Shown piece by piece: positions 1 to 9,247 of a stretch of DNA of 44,108 bases (its first letter is position 1; the number at the start of each line of letters is the position of its first letter). The translations under genes and the position numbers were made by a program. The notes under the pieces were generated by a model. The model worked only from the letters and a program-made list of their open reading frames with translations, did no database searches and was not told where the DNA came from. The DNA comes from a virus, in UHGV virus genome UHGV-0106768; one strand, 5' to 3'.

Positions 1-104
1 TACTGACAACTTCGCCATCAACCCACTTCGCCACGATAGATATACAGAACAAGAGACTGGAGCTATGTTGGAAATACCATAAGTTGCGAAACAGGAGGGC
101 GTAA

Positions 105-1097
105 ATGACTATATATCTTGAAAGAGGACCGTTTCTCACCATTCCCGATAAGCTGCATCCGGGACAGTACAGAGTGATCCGTAACCCCGACTGGCACGGA
201 GAACTGCCGGAGATCGTGTCCTTCACCGATTTTCTCAAATGGAACTACACACTGGAGTACGGTCAGTATATCCGAAAACTGCACTGCTATCGTCGGCTTC
301 CGCTGCCGTGGGGCGTTCCACAGGATGCCGAGATCGAAACTGTCATCATCGAGGAAGGCAGATATGACCGCATTGATCACGATTCCTTTGATATGTATGT
401 GATATGCGATGTCGTGTTCGAGATGAACGGCTGCCGGCAATGCCAGAAGTATATCGTGCACGGCTTTTACTGCTCTTACGGCGGTTCAGACTTTCTGTGT
501 GATGCGGAGCTGTACGATGGGCAGTTTATCCGGCTGAACAATCCTCTGGATGAGTTTCTGGTTCCCGTTCTCTCAAAGAAAGACTTTGAGAGCATTGCAC
601 AGGATATCCTCAACAGCTACTATTCATATAAGTCGAATTATCCTTGCCGCATCAATACTGCTTCGATTGCAAAGGCTATGGGGCTTGACATCAAGTATGC
701 CCGACTGTCAAAAAACGGAAATGTCAAGTCCAAGCTGATCCTGGACAAGCGGGATACGACCGTCTATGATAAGGAATGCAAAGCTGTCAAAATGCGGATC
801 GACAGTCCTACGATCCTTGTGGACGAGTCATTGGAGGAGGATGAAGCGCAGAACGCCATTATTCATGAGTGCGTTCACGCTTACCTTCACAACCTCTTCT
901 ATGAGCTGCAGAGCTACTATCGGAAAATGGTCGGCAGGAAGATGCCGGAGTTCAATGACTACTTCTATTCCAAGACGCAGCGTAGCTGCCTGAAATGGAT
1001 GGAAACACAGGCAAATGCCATCCCACGCTTTATTCAGATGCCGGAGGAGCAGGCATCCGATGTCATCCTGAACTTCTTCGAGCGACTCCCCGGATAG
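105..1097 (+). CDS. HExxH zinc-metallopeptidase-like protein (ImmA/IrrE-like, tentative)
   Basis: 330-aa ORF with AGGAGG RBS 7 nt upstream of ATG 105; HExxH motif (IIHECVHAYLH) near C-terminus; ends at in-frame TAG 1095-1097 followed by open same-frame sequence. Confidence 0.55.
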   Translation: MTIYLERGPFLTIPDKLHPGQYRVIRNPDWHGELPEIVSFTDFLKWNYTLEYGQYIRKLHCYRRLPLPWGVPQDAEIETVIIEEGRYDRIDHDSFDMYVICDVVFEMNGCRQCQKYIVHGFYCSYGGSDFLCDAELYDGQFIRLNNPLDEFLVPVLSKKDFESIAQDILNSYYSYKSNYPCRINTASIAKAMGLDIKYARLSKNGNVKSKLILDKRDTTVYDKECKAVKMRIDSPTILVDESLEEDEAQNAIIHECVHAYLHNLFYELQSYYRKMVGRKMPEFNDYFYSKTQRSCLKWMETQANAIPRFIQMPEEQASDVILNFFERLPG

Positions 1098-1133
1098 CCT
1101 GACTGGGACGATTACAGAGAACTGATCGACCTT

Positions 1134-2033
1134 GTGAAATGGAAGTTCGGAGTATCCCGCAATGCTGCGAAGAAGCGTATCATTGAGCTTGGCTGGCCGG
1201 AGGTGCGCGGTGTGTATGTCTACAACACCACAGGATATGTTGAGGACTACGATGTCGAACTGAGATTCCCGGATGACTATACCTATACACTGTCATTCCG
1301 TCATATCTCTGATGTGTTCGCATCCTGCGAGACCTTTGCAGAGCTTGTAAGCTCCAAGAAGTTCATATATCTGGACGGTCATGTTGTCATCAACAGCGAC
1401 AAGTATATCCGTAAGGAACACGGCATCGCTATAGGCTTGACAGAGTATGCTAGACACCACATGGCAGAGTGCTGTCTGGATTTCAAGCGTATCTACGCAG
1501 AATTCGACTACAGCTATACCTATGGCGAGCTACACAAGGATGACCTGACCGAGATCACGGCCGAAAACCGTTCGTTCAGCGATGAACAGCGAAAGAAGAT
1601 CCGCATGGCAATGTATGAGATCACAGAAGAAAACGATAAACTGACCGTTCCTTCAGATGTCAACGAATTCGGCAAGGCGGTGCGTTTCCATATGGAGAGA
1701 TGCGGTCTCACCTCGGATCTGGTTGCAGACCGCAGCGGCATGGGTGTGAACACTGTCAATAAGATGCGCAGCGGTAAGAAAGTGAAGCTCGAAACGGTAC
1801 TGGCATTCTGTGTAGCTTTGGAGCTTGAGGAGTCGTTCCGCATTGACCTTATGCAGAAAGCAAAGGTCGATTATGATATGAACAATCCCGCCCACAGGTT
1901 GTATGTGACGATTTTTGAGCTTATGGAGAAGCCTAATGTGTTTCAGATCAACGAACTGCTGAAGGCAGAAGGCTTTACTCCGTGGACGAGAGACTGCGAG
2001 GAAAAGAAGCGGTACGCTAAGATAAGTATGTAA
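1134..2033 (+). CDS. HTH (XRE-like) DNA-binding protein; possibly the C-terminal part of the upstream ORF
   Basis: 299-aa ORF in same frame as 105..1097; nominal GTG start with no RBS; C-terminal region (GKAVRFHMERCGLTSDLVADRSGMGVNTVNKMRSG) resembles a helix-turn-helix. Confidence 0.5.
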   Translation: MKWKFGVSRNAAKKRIIELGWPEVRGVYVYNTTGYVEDYDVELRFPDDYTYTLSFRHISDVFASCETFAELVSSKKFIYLDGHVVINSDKYIRKEHGIAIGLTEYARHHMAECCLDFKRIYAEFDYSYTYGELHKDDLTEITAENRSFSDEQRKKIRMAMYEITEENDKLTVPSDVNEFGKAVRFHMERCGLTSDLVADRSGMGVNTVNKMRSGKKVKLETVLAFCVALELEESFRIDLMQKAKVDYDMNNPAHRLYVTIFELMEKPNVFQINELLKAEGFTPWTRDCEEKKRYAKISM

Positions 2034-2046
2034 TAACAGCATTTTC

Positions 2047-2072
2047 AGGAGGCTTTCGAGCCTCCTTTTTTT
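2047..2072 (+). terminator. rho-independent terminator
   Basis: Stem AGGAGGCT / AGCCTCCT with TTCG loop followed by a T6 run, 14 nt after the stop at 2033. Confidence 0.8.
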
Positions 2073-2095
2073 ATGCCCTGAAATATTTTCATGAA

Positions 2096-2130
2096 GCCCC
2101 CAGAAAAAATGGGGGGCGATTTTTGTTTTT
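2096..2130 (+). terminator. second hairpin plus T-rich tract (terminator-like)
   Basis: GCCCCC / GGGGGC stem with A-rich loop followed by GATTTTTGTTTTT. Confidence 0.4.
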
Positions 2131-2674
2131 GAAACAGTTTAGAAATAGAATATTTATAAAATATCCATTTAATTTAGATGATGTGAACAAGTGCAGATTA
2201 TATATCAAAGTTGAGATAAGCATAGTGCATAAAAAACAGCCCCCATTTTTTATGTATGTAAAAGAGAATTCGGATATGTTATGATATAGACACAGTCAAG
2301 GACAGGCACCGCCGCCCATGACTGGAAACAACCTCTATATGCCGGATGCATACGGCAGAGGACGGTCATATGAGAGCAGAACTGAACACCACAGGTATAT
2401 CCCGTGTTCGGAATCTGACATCATATGGCTACTCTGTGTCATGCATCCGGCTATTTTTCTGCCGCGGCATTCGGAGCATGGCAAATCGATCATTACATTT
2501 GTTAGTCAGGGCGCGCACTGGCGGACAGATGCTCATAACGGAAAACAATGCCTGTGGTCTGTATAGACCGGAACAGGTACCGAAAGATTTTCCGTGTGGA
2601 CATTGTCTGCCTGCGTGCCTTTTCGCAGTAAGAGCATCTGCCGCTGAGTGCGTTCCTTGCAGAAAGGAACGATT

Positions 2675-3397
2675 ATGGAAAACGTGAATGTTCAGAATGC
2701 TGCCGCTATTACCGATCAGACCACACTCGGAGAACTGCTTGCAATGCTTGACCTCGCTGATAAGGCAGGCAAGATGCCGACACCGAGAGAACTGTTTGAG
2801 ACCGCCGGTGAGACGATTGCCGACATGAACGGCTGCACGCTCTTCAGCAACGGGTTCGCTGTCTACCAGAATATCACCGGACGTACTGTTGTCTGGCTGC
2901 CTTACTGTAAGAGCTTCACCTATTACTTCGGCAAGCTCCGTGATTCCGAGAAAGACACGCTGACAGAGACCTATGAGCTGCCGGATGGATTTCTGGAAAC
3001 ACAGCCGTGGGTGATCGCAGTAACACTGATCGGCGACCATCGTGTGGAGGCAAACAGCATGAACCGCACCGGCAGCCGCAAGGATACCACAGATTATGAC
3101 AGCGCCGATAACGGCGATAAAGACGGTGATGCAGAGGAGGCTTTGGCAGATCCGTATCGCAGGGCATTCAACTGGTATGACGGACGCATGGGCGAGAATC
3201 CGCAGGATGCCGTGGAGCGCAGAGAGACACGCGAGGAGATGCTTGCAGACATGACGGACAAGCAGCGTGAAGCCTTTATTATGTACTTCAGGGATGGTAT
3301 GACGCAGGAAGAGATTGCTTCATATATAGGGGTAAGCCGTGATTCCATAAATGACAGGCTTGAAGGTGCATTGAAAAAAGCAAAAAAATATTTTTGA
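2675..3397 (+). CDS. sigma-70 region-4-like HTH protein (putative phage transcription factor)
   Basis: ATG 2675 with AAAGGA RBS (ORF track starts at in-frame GTG 2648); C-terminus (REAFIMYFRDGMTQEEIASYIGVSRDSINDRLEGALKKA) resembles sigma region 4; no region 2 recognised. Confidence 0.5.
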   Translation: MENVNVQNAAAITDQTTLGELLAMLDLADKAGKMPTPRELFETAGETIADMNGCTLFSNGFAVYQNITGRTVVWLPYCKSFTYYFGKLRDSEKDTLTETYELPDGFLETQPWVIAVTLIGDHRVEANSMNRTGSRKDTTDYDSADNGDKDGDAEEALADPYRRAFNWYDGRMGENPQDAVERRETREEMLADMTDKQREAFIMYFRDGMTQEEIASYIGVSRDSINDRLEGALKKAKKYF

Positions 3398-3442
3398 GGA
3401 TACCCACAAAAAGACCTCTCCCATGACAGTATATGAGAGGGC
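3398..3442. repeat. conserved ~45-bp element, copy 1 (GGATACCCACAAAA...hairpin)
   Basis: Near-identical to 17237..17280; CCTCTC/GAGAGG stem; lies immediately 3' of a stop codon after a T-run. Confidence 0.6.
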
Positions 3443-3529
3443 TTGAAAAGAAACCAAACCGCAAGCGGCTGCAAAGCCCTCGCAGCCGAACCATTATTAC
3501 ATCGGTCGAAAGACCTGAACAGAAAGGAA

Positions 3530-3895
3530 ATGCTTATGCCTATGGAAAACAGAGTCCCGAAAAACCGCTACAACGGCGGTGCCGCGCCCAATGCTGACAA
3601 ACAGGACAAGCCCGATGTGCTGAAGATGATCGAAACGGCAATGGACAAGCGTGCGGCTGGCATAGCACAGACGGTCACGGATATGTTCCGTTTCATGTCG
3701 ATGGCATCCGCCATGCTCCCGAATATGGAGATGGATGTCGGTGTGTTCCGTCTGAAGATCGACGATGACGGCGTGTTCTTTGAAATCCGCTACCCGTCCG
3801 GCTTCAGGCGCAAGCACAAGCCCGATGAGGACGGCGAAAAGCTGCCGGACAACTATGACGATAACGAGGAGGGACTGATCTATGACGGAGACTGA
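3530..3895 (+). CDS. hypothetical protein
   Basis: ORF with AGAAAGGAAA RBS; alternative in-frame ATG at 3536; no recognisable motif. Confidence 0.5.
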   Translation: MLMPMENRVPKNRYNGGAAPNADKQDKPDVLKMIETAMDKRAAGIAQTVTDMFRFMSMASAMLPNMEMDVGVFRLKIDDDGVFFEIRYPSGFRRKHKPDEDGEKLPDNYDDNEEGLIYDGD

Positions 3896-4376
3896 GAAGA
3901 AGTTCACTGTGCCGGGACCGGTGCCTGTGGACGCAAAGAAGCTGATCGATGGGCTTGGTACGATCTTCGGCGGCGTGATCCAGATTCTGGCGGCAATGGA
4001 GCCGGGCATGGCAAAGGAACTGGCAGACATGGCGTTGGGCGGTGTGCCGAAGGAGCAGGTGCCGGAGACCATTAATCCGGACGATTTCGAGGAGATCATC
4101 GCTGCTGACGATCTGCCGTGGGATACAGAGCCGGAGCAGCCTGAACCGCCCAAGCCTGCGGAAAAATCCAAGCCGAAGAAGGCAGCAAAGAAGGCGGAGC
4201 CTGCATCGGAGCTGACCGCCGACGATCTCATCCGTGTGGTGACGCAGAAGATCAAGAAGGACCGCACCAACAAGGACAAAGTGCTGGCACTGCTGAAGTC
4301 CTACGGTGCGGCAAAGGTCAGCGACATTCCGCAGGAAAAGTATGAGGCGTTCCTCACGGATGTGTCGCAGCTCTGA
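3882..4376 (+). CDS. hypothetical protein (Pro/Lys/Glu-rich centre)
   Basis: 164-aa ORF overlapping the upstream stop by 14 nt; GAGGAGGG RBS. Confidence 0.55.
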   Translation: MTETEKKFTVPGPVPVDAKKLIDGLGTIFGGVIQILAAMEPGMAKELADMALGGVPKEQVPETINPDDFEEIIAADDLPWDTEPEQPEPPKPAEKSKPKKAAKKAEPASELTADDLIRVVTQKIKKDRTNKDKVLALLKSYGAAKVSDIPQEKYEAFLTDVSQL

Positions 4377-4390
4377 TCGGGGGTGGCATC

Positions 4391-5638
4391 ATGCCTGACG
4401 TTCACGCACTGCTCAGTGCGTCCAGTTCAAAACAGTGGCTACACTGTCCGCCGTCAGTCCGTTTGCAGGAGGGATTTCCGAATGAGAGTTCAGTCTACGC
4501 CGCAGAGGGCACGTTTGCCCACGAGATCTGCGAATACAAGGTACGTAAGTACCTGAAGGAGCGTGTGAAGCGTCCGCAGTCCGAGGAATATGACACCGAG
4601 GAAATCGAGCAGATCACAGATGTGTATGCGGAGTTCGTGATCTCCATCATTGAGCAGATGAAGGAGAACGGCTGTGAGCCGCTTGCTTTTGTTGAGGAGC
4701 GTGTGGACTACAGCCACATTGCCCCTTCCGGCTTTGGCACGGCAGATATGCTCATCATCGGTAAGGACGAGCAGGGACGCGGAATCCTTCATGTATGCGA
4801 TTTCAAGACGGGTGCAGGCGTGTTTGTGGATGCAGACCACAACAGCCAGATGATGCTCTATGCGATCGGAGCTTTAGCCGCCTACGGCTTTTTGTATGAT
4901 TTTGAGATCGTGCGTATGAGCATCATTCAGCCTCGTCTGGATAATATCAGCACATTCGAGTGTAGCAGAGCCGAGCTTGAGGAATGGGGCGAGAGCATCA
5001 AGCCCATTGCGAAACTTGCCTACGAGGGCAAAGGTGAACAGCACCCCGGCGACTGGTGTCGGTTCTGCCGTGCAAAGCCTGTTTGCAAAGCGTGTGCCAA
5101 TGAAGCACTGGCACTCTGCCGTGAGGATTTCCTTGACCTCGATGCCGGAGCATTCGATGATACTGCGGAGGAAAGCGATATGACCGCACCATACGAAGCG
5201 GATATACAGACTGCCGTATTCAAGCAGCCGTGACTGATTCCTATCAGCGAACTTGCGGAGATCCTGCCGACTCTGAACCGCATCAGCTCTTGGATCGAGG
5301 CGGTATTCGCATTCGTATCCTCCGAGGCGATCAATCACGGTGTACCGATTCCCGGCTATAAGGTGGTCGAAGGGCGCAGCAAGCGTGTATTCACAGATAC
5401 AAAAGCTGTGGTCGATACCGCTGTTCAGAACGGGTACACCGACCTTTACAAGCAGACGCTCATCACGCTGACGGAATTTGAAAAGATGATGGGCAAGAAA
5501 AAGTTCAACGAGCTGCTCGGTGAGTATGTCGCCAAGCCACCCGGAAAGCTGGCACTTGTGCCGGAGAGCGATCCGAGAGAACCCGTTGATCTCACAACAC
5601 CCGGTCAGGAATTTGAAGTTCTCTCTGATGATGAGTGA
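4391..5638 (+). CDS. DUF2800-like PD-(D/E)XK nuclease (Cas4/RecB-like), interrupted by in-frame TGA at 5231-5233
   Basis: N-terminal MPDVHALLSASSSKQWLHCPPS and C-terminal Cys cluster CRFCRAKPVCKAC are as expected for DUF2800; same-frame continuation through the stop reads as protein (ISELAEILPTLNRISSWIEAV...GYKVVEGRSKRVF); downstream part has no RBS or ATG. Confidence 0.7.
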
Positions 5639-5711
5639 GGATCATACAATAATGCCGCAATTATTCTGTTTGGTGAATACGCAAAATTGAATGAAATATA
5701 GGAGGTATACT

Positions 5712-6287
5712 ATGGCAAACACAACACCCGCGACTAAAGTGGTTATTCCCTGTCGCATTTCTTTTGCGAACATCTGGGAGCCAAAATCAATTAATGGCAG
5801 CGAAGAGAAGTATTCCGTTTCCCTACTGATCCCGAAGGATGACAAGGCAACGCTCGCCAAGATCAAGAAGGCAATTGAGGCGGCAAAGGAAGCGGCGAAG
5901 GAGAAGAAGTGGGGCGGCAAGATCCCGCCGAACCTCAAGCTGCCGATGCATGACGGCGACATCGACCGTCCTGATGACGAGAACTATGCCGGTCACTTCT
6001 TCTTCAATGCCACGAGCAAGGATGCACCGCAGATCGTTGACCGCCATGTGCAGCCGATTCTCGATCCGATGGAGTGCGGCAGCGGTGACTATTGCAATGT
6101 CAGCGTGAACTTCTACGGTTTTGCAGCATCCGGCAACAAGGGCATCGCAGCAGGACTCCAGAACATCCAGCTTGTCCGCCACGGTGAGCGTCTTGCCGGC
6201 AGGCCGACCGCCGCATCCGACTTCGTTGAGGTCGAGGGTGATGATGCGGATGATCTCGCAGACGATGATCTGGATTTCCTGAACTGA
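5712..6287 (+). CDS. DUF2815-like ssDNA-binding protein
   Basis: ATG 5712 with GGAGG RBS 6 nt upstream; sits in the DUF2800 - DUF2815 - PolA arrangement typical of this replication module. Confidence 0.65.
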   Translation: MANTTPATKVVIPCRISFANIWEPKSINGSEEKYSVSLLIPKDDKATLAKIKKAIEAAKEAAKEKKWGGKIPPNLKLPMHDGDIDRPDDENYAGHFFFNATSKDAPQIVDRHVQPILDPMECGSGDYCNVSVNFYGFAASGNKGIAAGLQNIQLVRHGERLAGRPTAASDFVEVEGDDADDLADDDLDFLN

Positions 6288-6327
6288 CGCATAAGGGAGG
6301 CTTGCCTCCCTGTACATACACAAACAG

Positions 6328-9213
6328 GTGGTGATTTTATTGAGCAGACGTGTACTTTCTATCGACCTTGAGACCTACAGCGATGTTGACCTTCCGAACT
6401 GCGGTGTGTACCGCTATGTTGAGGGGGATTTTCATATCCTGCTGTTCGCATATGCATTCGATGATGAAGAAACAAAGTGTATCGACATGGCCTGCGGTGA
6501 ACAGCTTCCCGCAGAGGTTGTGGATGCCATACACAATGAAAATATCATCAAATCTGCGTGGAATGCGCAGTTTGAGCGCATCTGTCTGTCAAAATATCTC
6601 GGCATCAGGCTTTCTCCGGACTCGTGGCAATGCACGATGGTATGGGCGGCATCGCTGTCCCTGCCGCTGAAGCTGGCAACGGCAGCACAGGCTTTGAAAA
6701 CTGCACAGCAGAAAGACAGTGTCGGTGAACGGCTGATCCGCTACTTTTCGATTCCGTGTAAGCCTACCAAATCTAACGGCGGTCGCACACGCAATCTGCC
6801 GGAACACGCTCCGGAGGACTGGGCGCTGTTCAAAAGCTACTGTATTCAGGATGTGGAAACGGAACGGGATATCCGCCGAAGACTTGAAAAGTTTCCGCTG
6901 ATGCCGCAGGAATGGGATTTTTATCACATGGATCAGCGGATCAATGACCGCGGCATCCTGATCGACAGAGAGCTTGTGCAGCAGGCAATTATCTGTAATA
7001 TGGCAATGTCTGAGGAGATGACCAAACGCGCCTATGCACTGACGGGACTTGAAAATCCCAATTCTGTATCTCAGCTGAAGTCATGGCTGGAAGATCGCGG
7101 CATCGAGGTGGATTCCCTCGGCAAAAAGAATGTCGCTTCTCTGATCACAGACCTTGACAAGCACAGTGCGGACGGTGAAGCTCTGGATATGATGAAGCTG
7201 CGGTTGCAGATGGCAAAGTCCTCTGTGAAAAAGTATCAGGCGGCAGAGAGATACATCTGTCAGGACGGCAGGGCGCACGGACTGTTTCAGTTTTCCGGAG
7301 CTCAGCGAACACAGCGCTGGTGTCTTACCGGCGATCATGAAATACTGACAGATAAAGGCTGGCTCAGGCTTGATAATTGGCAGGGCGGTAAGATTGCTTG
7401 TTGGAATCCTAATCAGGAAATGGTCTCGTTCCAGAAAGCGAACGTATTGTGCTTTGAATATGACGGTCCTATCTACCGCTATGAGGACAAACGGATCGAT
7501 CAGATCAGCACGCCGGATCACAAAATGCGTGTAAAGAAACGGTATAACGGCGAGTGGACGGATGACACTGTTGGCAATATGGAAAAGTATCGTCCTTCTA
7601 TTCCGTTTACCGGACGCAGACAAACGATGCCCGGCTTGGAGCACGCAGAACTGAGGGTACTGGTGATGACGCAGGCTGACGGCAGCTATAAAGAAGATGG
7701 AATGCTCTGCTTCCATTTCAAGAAGAAAAGGAAAATAGAACGGTGCAAACATCTGCTCAGACAGGCGGGCATTTATTTCACAGTGAATGAATGCAGGACA
7801 GATGGAACAACGCAGATCAAGATTCCTTCCCGTGAGCAGCCGATGTATCTAAGAATGTTTCATAACAAGACATTTGGAATGTGGCTTCTCGATGAAAGCC
7901 CGGATGTTTTCTTTGATGAGCTTCGGTATTGGGACGGATCGCAAAGCGCCAAAAACAGTATCCAATATACCACAACGAACAAAGTGAATGCCGATATTGT
8001 TCAGGCTTTTGCTCATACAAGTGGTCGCTGTGCAAAAATGAAACCGGTCATCCGGGATAAAGAACACCCGAATTGGAGCGATGCATACTATCTCGATATA
8101 TGGCTCACTCCGAAAAACTGTCATGAAATCAGAGTGAAGCCGACTATCTCGCAATTCAGCGGCAAAATATACTGTGCTGAAACCCCAACCGGATACTTCC
8201 TTGTAAGACGTAATGGTAAAGTGTGGGTAACAGGAAACAGCGGGCGCGGCATTCAATTACAGAACCTGCCGCAGAACCACATCTCTACCCTCGATGAAGC
8301 AAGAGAACTTGTCAAAATGGGCTGCTTTGACATGATCGAAGCACTGTACGGCAATACGCCGGATATCCTGTCACAGCTTATCCGCACGATGCTCATTCCG
8401 AAGGACGGCTGTGAATTTATCGTGGCAGACTTCTCCGCCATTGAAGCGAGAGTACTTGCGTGGCTTGCCGGAGAACAGTGGCGGCTCGATGCCTTCAAGC
8501 GTGGCGAGGATATTTACTGTGCATCCGCATCGCAAATGTTCGGTGTTCCGGTCGTGAAGCACGGCATCAACGGTGAACTGCGGCAGAAAGGCAAGGTCGC
8601 AGAATTGGCCTGCGGTTACGGCGGCGGTGCCGGTGCGCTGATCTCAATGGGCGCACTGGATATGGGACTGAAAGAGGACGAACTTCCCGACATCATTTCA
8701 AGCTGGCGCGACGCAAACCCGGAGATCGTGAAATTCTGGTATGCTGTGGAAAAAGCCGCGATTGAAACAGTCAAGGATCACAATGACAGATCGGTCGGCC
8801 GGATCGGATTTCAGTTTTCAGCAAATACACTGTGGATCGTTCTTCCGTCCGGACGCAGGCTTGCCTACATCAAACCGAGATTACAGCCGAACCGCTTCGG
8901 GCGTATGGCACTGACATTTGAGGGGCTTGGTGCAAACAACAAGTGGGTGCGCGGCGAAACCTATTCCGGCAAGCTGACAGAGAACATCACACAGGCAACT
9001 GCCCGTGATCTCCTTGCAGAAGCAATGCGCCGTATAGAACTTGCAGGGCTTGGAATCGTCGGGCATGTGCATGATGAGGTCATTCTCGAAGTGCCGAAAG
9101 GACAATACACGGTCGATGATGTATGCAGCATCATGAATCAGAATCCGAAATGGGCGGAGGACTTACCGTTGTCAAGTGCAGGATATACGGGTGCATGGTA
9201 CTACAAAGATTAA
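6328..9213 (+). CDS. family A DNA polymerase with 3'-5' exonuclease domain, intein-containing
   Basis: Exo I motif SIDLETYS; pol motif A IVADFSAIEAR, motif B RQKGKVAELACGYGGG, motif C VHDEVI; NLQNLP-like motif; start ambiguous (GTG 6328 or TTG 6340). Confidence 0.85.
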   Translation: MVILLSRRVLSIDLETYSDVDLPNCGVYRYVEGDFHILLFAYAFDDEETKCIDMACGEQLPAEVVDAIHNENIIKSAWNAQFERICLSKYLGIRLSPDSWQCTMVWAASLSLPLKLATAAQALKTAQQKDSVGERLIRYFSIPCKPTKSNGGRTRNLPEHAPEDWALFKSYCIQDVETERDIRRRLEKFPLMPQEWDFYHMDQRINDRGILIDRELVQQAIICNMAMSEEMTKRAYALTGLENPNSVSQLKSWLEDRGIEVDSLGKKNVASLITDLDKHSADGEALDMMKLRLQMAKSSVKKYQAAERYICQDGRAHGLFQFSGAQRTQRWCLTGDHEILTDKGWLRLDNWQGGKIACWNPNQEMVSFQKANVLCFEYDGPIYRYEDKRIDQISTPDHKMRVKKRYNGEWTDDTVGNMEKYRPSIPFTGRRQTMPGLEHAELRVLVMTQADGSYKEDGMLCFHFKKKRKIERCKHLLRQAGIYFTVNECRTDGTTQIKIPSREQPMYLRMFHNKTFGMWLLDESPDVFFDELRYWDGSQSAKNSIQYTTTNKVNADIVQAFAHTSGRCAKMKPVIRDKEHPNWSDAYYLDIWLTPKNCHEIRVKPTISQFSGKIYCAETPTGYFLVRRNGKVWVTGNSGRGIQLQNLPQNHISTLDEARELVKMGCFDMIEALYGNTPDILSQLIRTMLIPKDGCEFIVADFSAIEARVLAWLAGEQWRLDAFKRGEDIYCASASQMFGVPVVKHGINGELRQKGKVAELACGYGGGAGALISMGALDMGLKEDELPDIISSWRDANPEIVKFWYAVEKAAIETVKDHNDRSVGRIGFQFSANTLWIVLPSGRRLAYIKPRLQPNRFGRMALTFEGLGANNKWVRGETYSGKLTENITQATARDLLAEAMRRIELAGLGIVGHVHDEVILEVPKGQYTVDDVCSIMNQNPKWAEDLPLSSAGYTGAWYYKD
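7321..8238 (+). mobile_element. intein (306 aa) with LAGLIDADG homing-endonuclease domain inside the PolA gene
   Basis: Begins CLTGDHEILTDKGW (block A), TPDH block B, two LAGLIDADG-like motifs (VMTQADGSY, LRYWDGS), ends ...VWVTGN followed by Ser; removing it joins RTQRW to SGRGIQLQNLP, restoring the conserved TGR-S/NLQN region. Confidence 0.7.
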
Positions 9214-9247
9214 GTGTATAAACAATATTTCAGAGGAGGATATCTTT

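Noticed and set aside
2400-2440. tRNA-like T-loop sequence GTTCGGAATC, considered as a possible suppressor tRNA
   Set aside because: Flanking sequence does not form T-stem, acceptor stem or anticodon arm pairings; no convincing tRNA was found in any intergenic region.
2318-3040. ORFs 2318..2566 (+), 2346..2687 (+) and 2429..3040 (-) in the long intergenic region and across the sigma-like gene
   Set aside because: No RBS, low-complexity or odd composition, mutually overlapping; more likely regulatory non-coding DNA plus frame artefacts.
6293-6311. Hairpin GGGAGGC-TT-GCCTCCC between the DUF2815 and PolA genes as a terminator
   Set aside because: No U-tract follows and it lies within the PolA translation-initiation region; more likely an RBS-sequestering or incidental structure, and not strong enough to call.
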